A DNA stretch of 64,000 bases, taken from positions 1,550,001-1,614,000 of the forward strand of contig OZ176059.1 of assembly GCA_964247055.1 (NCBI GenBank), written 5' to 3'. Shown piece by piece: positions 62,701-64,000 of the stretch; position 1 is the stretch's first letter, and every line of letters begins with the position of its first letter. The stretch is from Paragordius varius (Eukaryota > Animalia > Nematomorpha). A program made the position numbers and the translations under genes. The notes below the pieces were generated by a model. That model was given only the letters and a program-made list of their open reading frames with translations. It was not told the DNA's origin and made no database searches.

Positions 62701-63756
62701 ATGAATGATTCTTCTTCTTATTCTCCGTACGTTTTTAAAATCTGTAGCAATTCTCGTAACTTGGTAAAATATACGGGGTACTTCGATATAACCCGTTATA
62801 CTCAATTGTTATGTATCATAGTGTTGAGTGCTTTGGGTATTAGCCTGAATGGTTGGATAGGCTTAGTGCTACATTGCTGGTACAAAAGTTTGAAAACTAA
62901 TTATGATTTGCACACTTCACAGCAAACGGTGATGAGAAAGCGAGCAAATTTACATGCATATCAGTATGTCAAAGGTCTGGCCCTCAGTAATGGACTCTTG
63001 TGCCTTTTTACGTTGGCTTGGTATGTGTGGAGTTTAATTTTATGGAGACAGTTTACGAAAATATTTTATCCCAGTAGTAGTTCCGAAATTAATGACAATA
63101 CTATTGTTGTTGATTACAGTAGAGCTAATACAATCATCTCTATGTATCGCACCTCGAAATACAATGGAACAATTTTTAGTGCAAATATCAACTCTAATAG
63201 ATCTATCATGTGTCCGTACATCATACAAATTGGTGATGAGTTTGATAAACACTTAAATTCTTCCTTTTCCTTTTATTATTATTATATTTCAGCTACAAAA
63301 TATCATGACTACATGGGTAATCAAAAAATCGAAAGTCAAATCTTATCCAAAATTATTCAATCTTTACAACACTTATCCCTGGCACTTAAATGGCGAGCCT
63401 TGTTAATAAGGTATGGTATGTCCTACCTCCTACCCTGGGGTCAAAAAATTGCATTTGTCCGCACGGTGGCCCTAATAAGTGACAGATATATCGCCATCAG
63501 ATATCCCACAAGGAGTAAAAGTTTGAGAGCTAATCCAGCTTACACCCTATTCCCATACCTTATGTCATTCCTGATATTATTGACTGAAATTCCAAACATA
63601 TATATCCGTGCCATTCAAATATACCCAATAACTATATATAGCGTGTCCAATTACATGGCTGATGCAAAAAGTAAGCCTATATATGTGAATAAATGTATCT
63701 GGTTAAAGTGTAGGAGTTTAATAGTTAGTAATGGGCAAGTGACTAAAATTGATTAA
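62701..63756 (+). CDS. Class A (rhodopsin-like, probably peptide) GPCR; TM1-TM4 only, remainder probably beyond the window
   Basis: TM1 LLCIIVLSALGISLNGWIGLVL; TM2 YVKGLALSNGLLCL; TM3 ending ISDRYIAIRYP; TM4 LILLTEIP. Possible donor at 63738/63739. Confidence 0.75.
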   Translation: MNDSSSYSPYVFKICSNSRNLVKYTGYFDITRYTQLLCIIVLSALGISLNGWIGLVLHCWYKSLKTNYDLHTSQQTVMRKRANLHAYQYVKGLALSNGLLCLFTLAWYVWSLILWRQFTKIFYPSSSSEINDNTIVVDYSRANTIISMYRTSKYNGTIFSANINSNRSIMCPYIIQIGDEFDKHLNSSFSFYYYYISATKYHDYMGNQKIESQILSKIIQSLQHLSLALKWRALLIRYGMSYLLPWGQKIAFVRTVALISDRYIAIRYPTRSKSLRANPAYTLFPYLMSFLILLTEIPNIYIRAIQIYPITIYSVSNYMADAKSKPIYVNKCIWLKCRSLIVSNGQVTKID

Positions 63757-64000
63757 CGCGATTAATATTTGTATGCCTCTTTAAACTTTACATATTATAG
63801 TATAAAAAGGAAAGGGTGAACTACTTTACATAGAACTCTTTTTTGAAGCAAACAGCTTTGTGTTGTAGAAATTATGGACATAATAACAGGGTAGACGGAT
63901 GATGATATAACTTTTTAAACAGCATCACCCCTATTTTTTAATAAGACTGGTGTATCCACTTTAATATATCATCGATTTGGTCATTTGTTCAAACGTATAA

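Overview
Very AT-rich animal (invertebrate-type) nuclear DNA; no prokaryotic, rRNA, tRNA or CRISPR features. I rebuilt eight host genes by hand from GT-AG sites, reading-frame continuity and recalled family motifs: GCLM (-, runs off the left edge), TPK1 (+), a secreted protein with three 8-Cys modules (+), TMEM33 (-), LIPT2 (-), SDA1/SDAD1 (+, 12 exons, 25.7-49.1 kb), a PP2A B'' subunit (-) and a partial class A GPCR (+). Introns are bimodal: 25-36 nt, or 0.4-8.5 kb and packed with TA-targeting MITEs, hAT relics, an RTE LINE relic and a 4.3-kb foldback element; a Helitron-like element lies between genes. Top finding: SDA1 intron 3 holds a Ty3/Gypsy LTR element whose RNase H is interrupted by ~740 bp encoding what looks like a partitivirus (dsRNA virus) capsid fragment. 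The element was later rearranged into a 5.46-kb inverted duplication (2.56-kb arms) centred on the viral sequence, so the pre-mRNA of a housekeeping gene could fold into a long virus/transposon hairpin. Family assignments rest on recalled motifs, not database searches.
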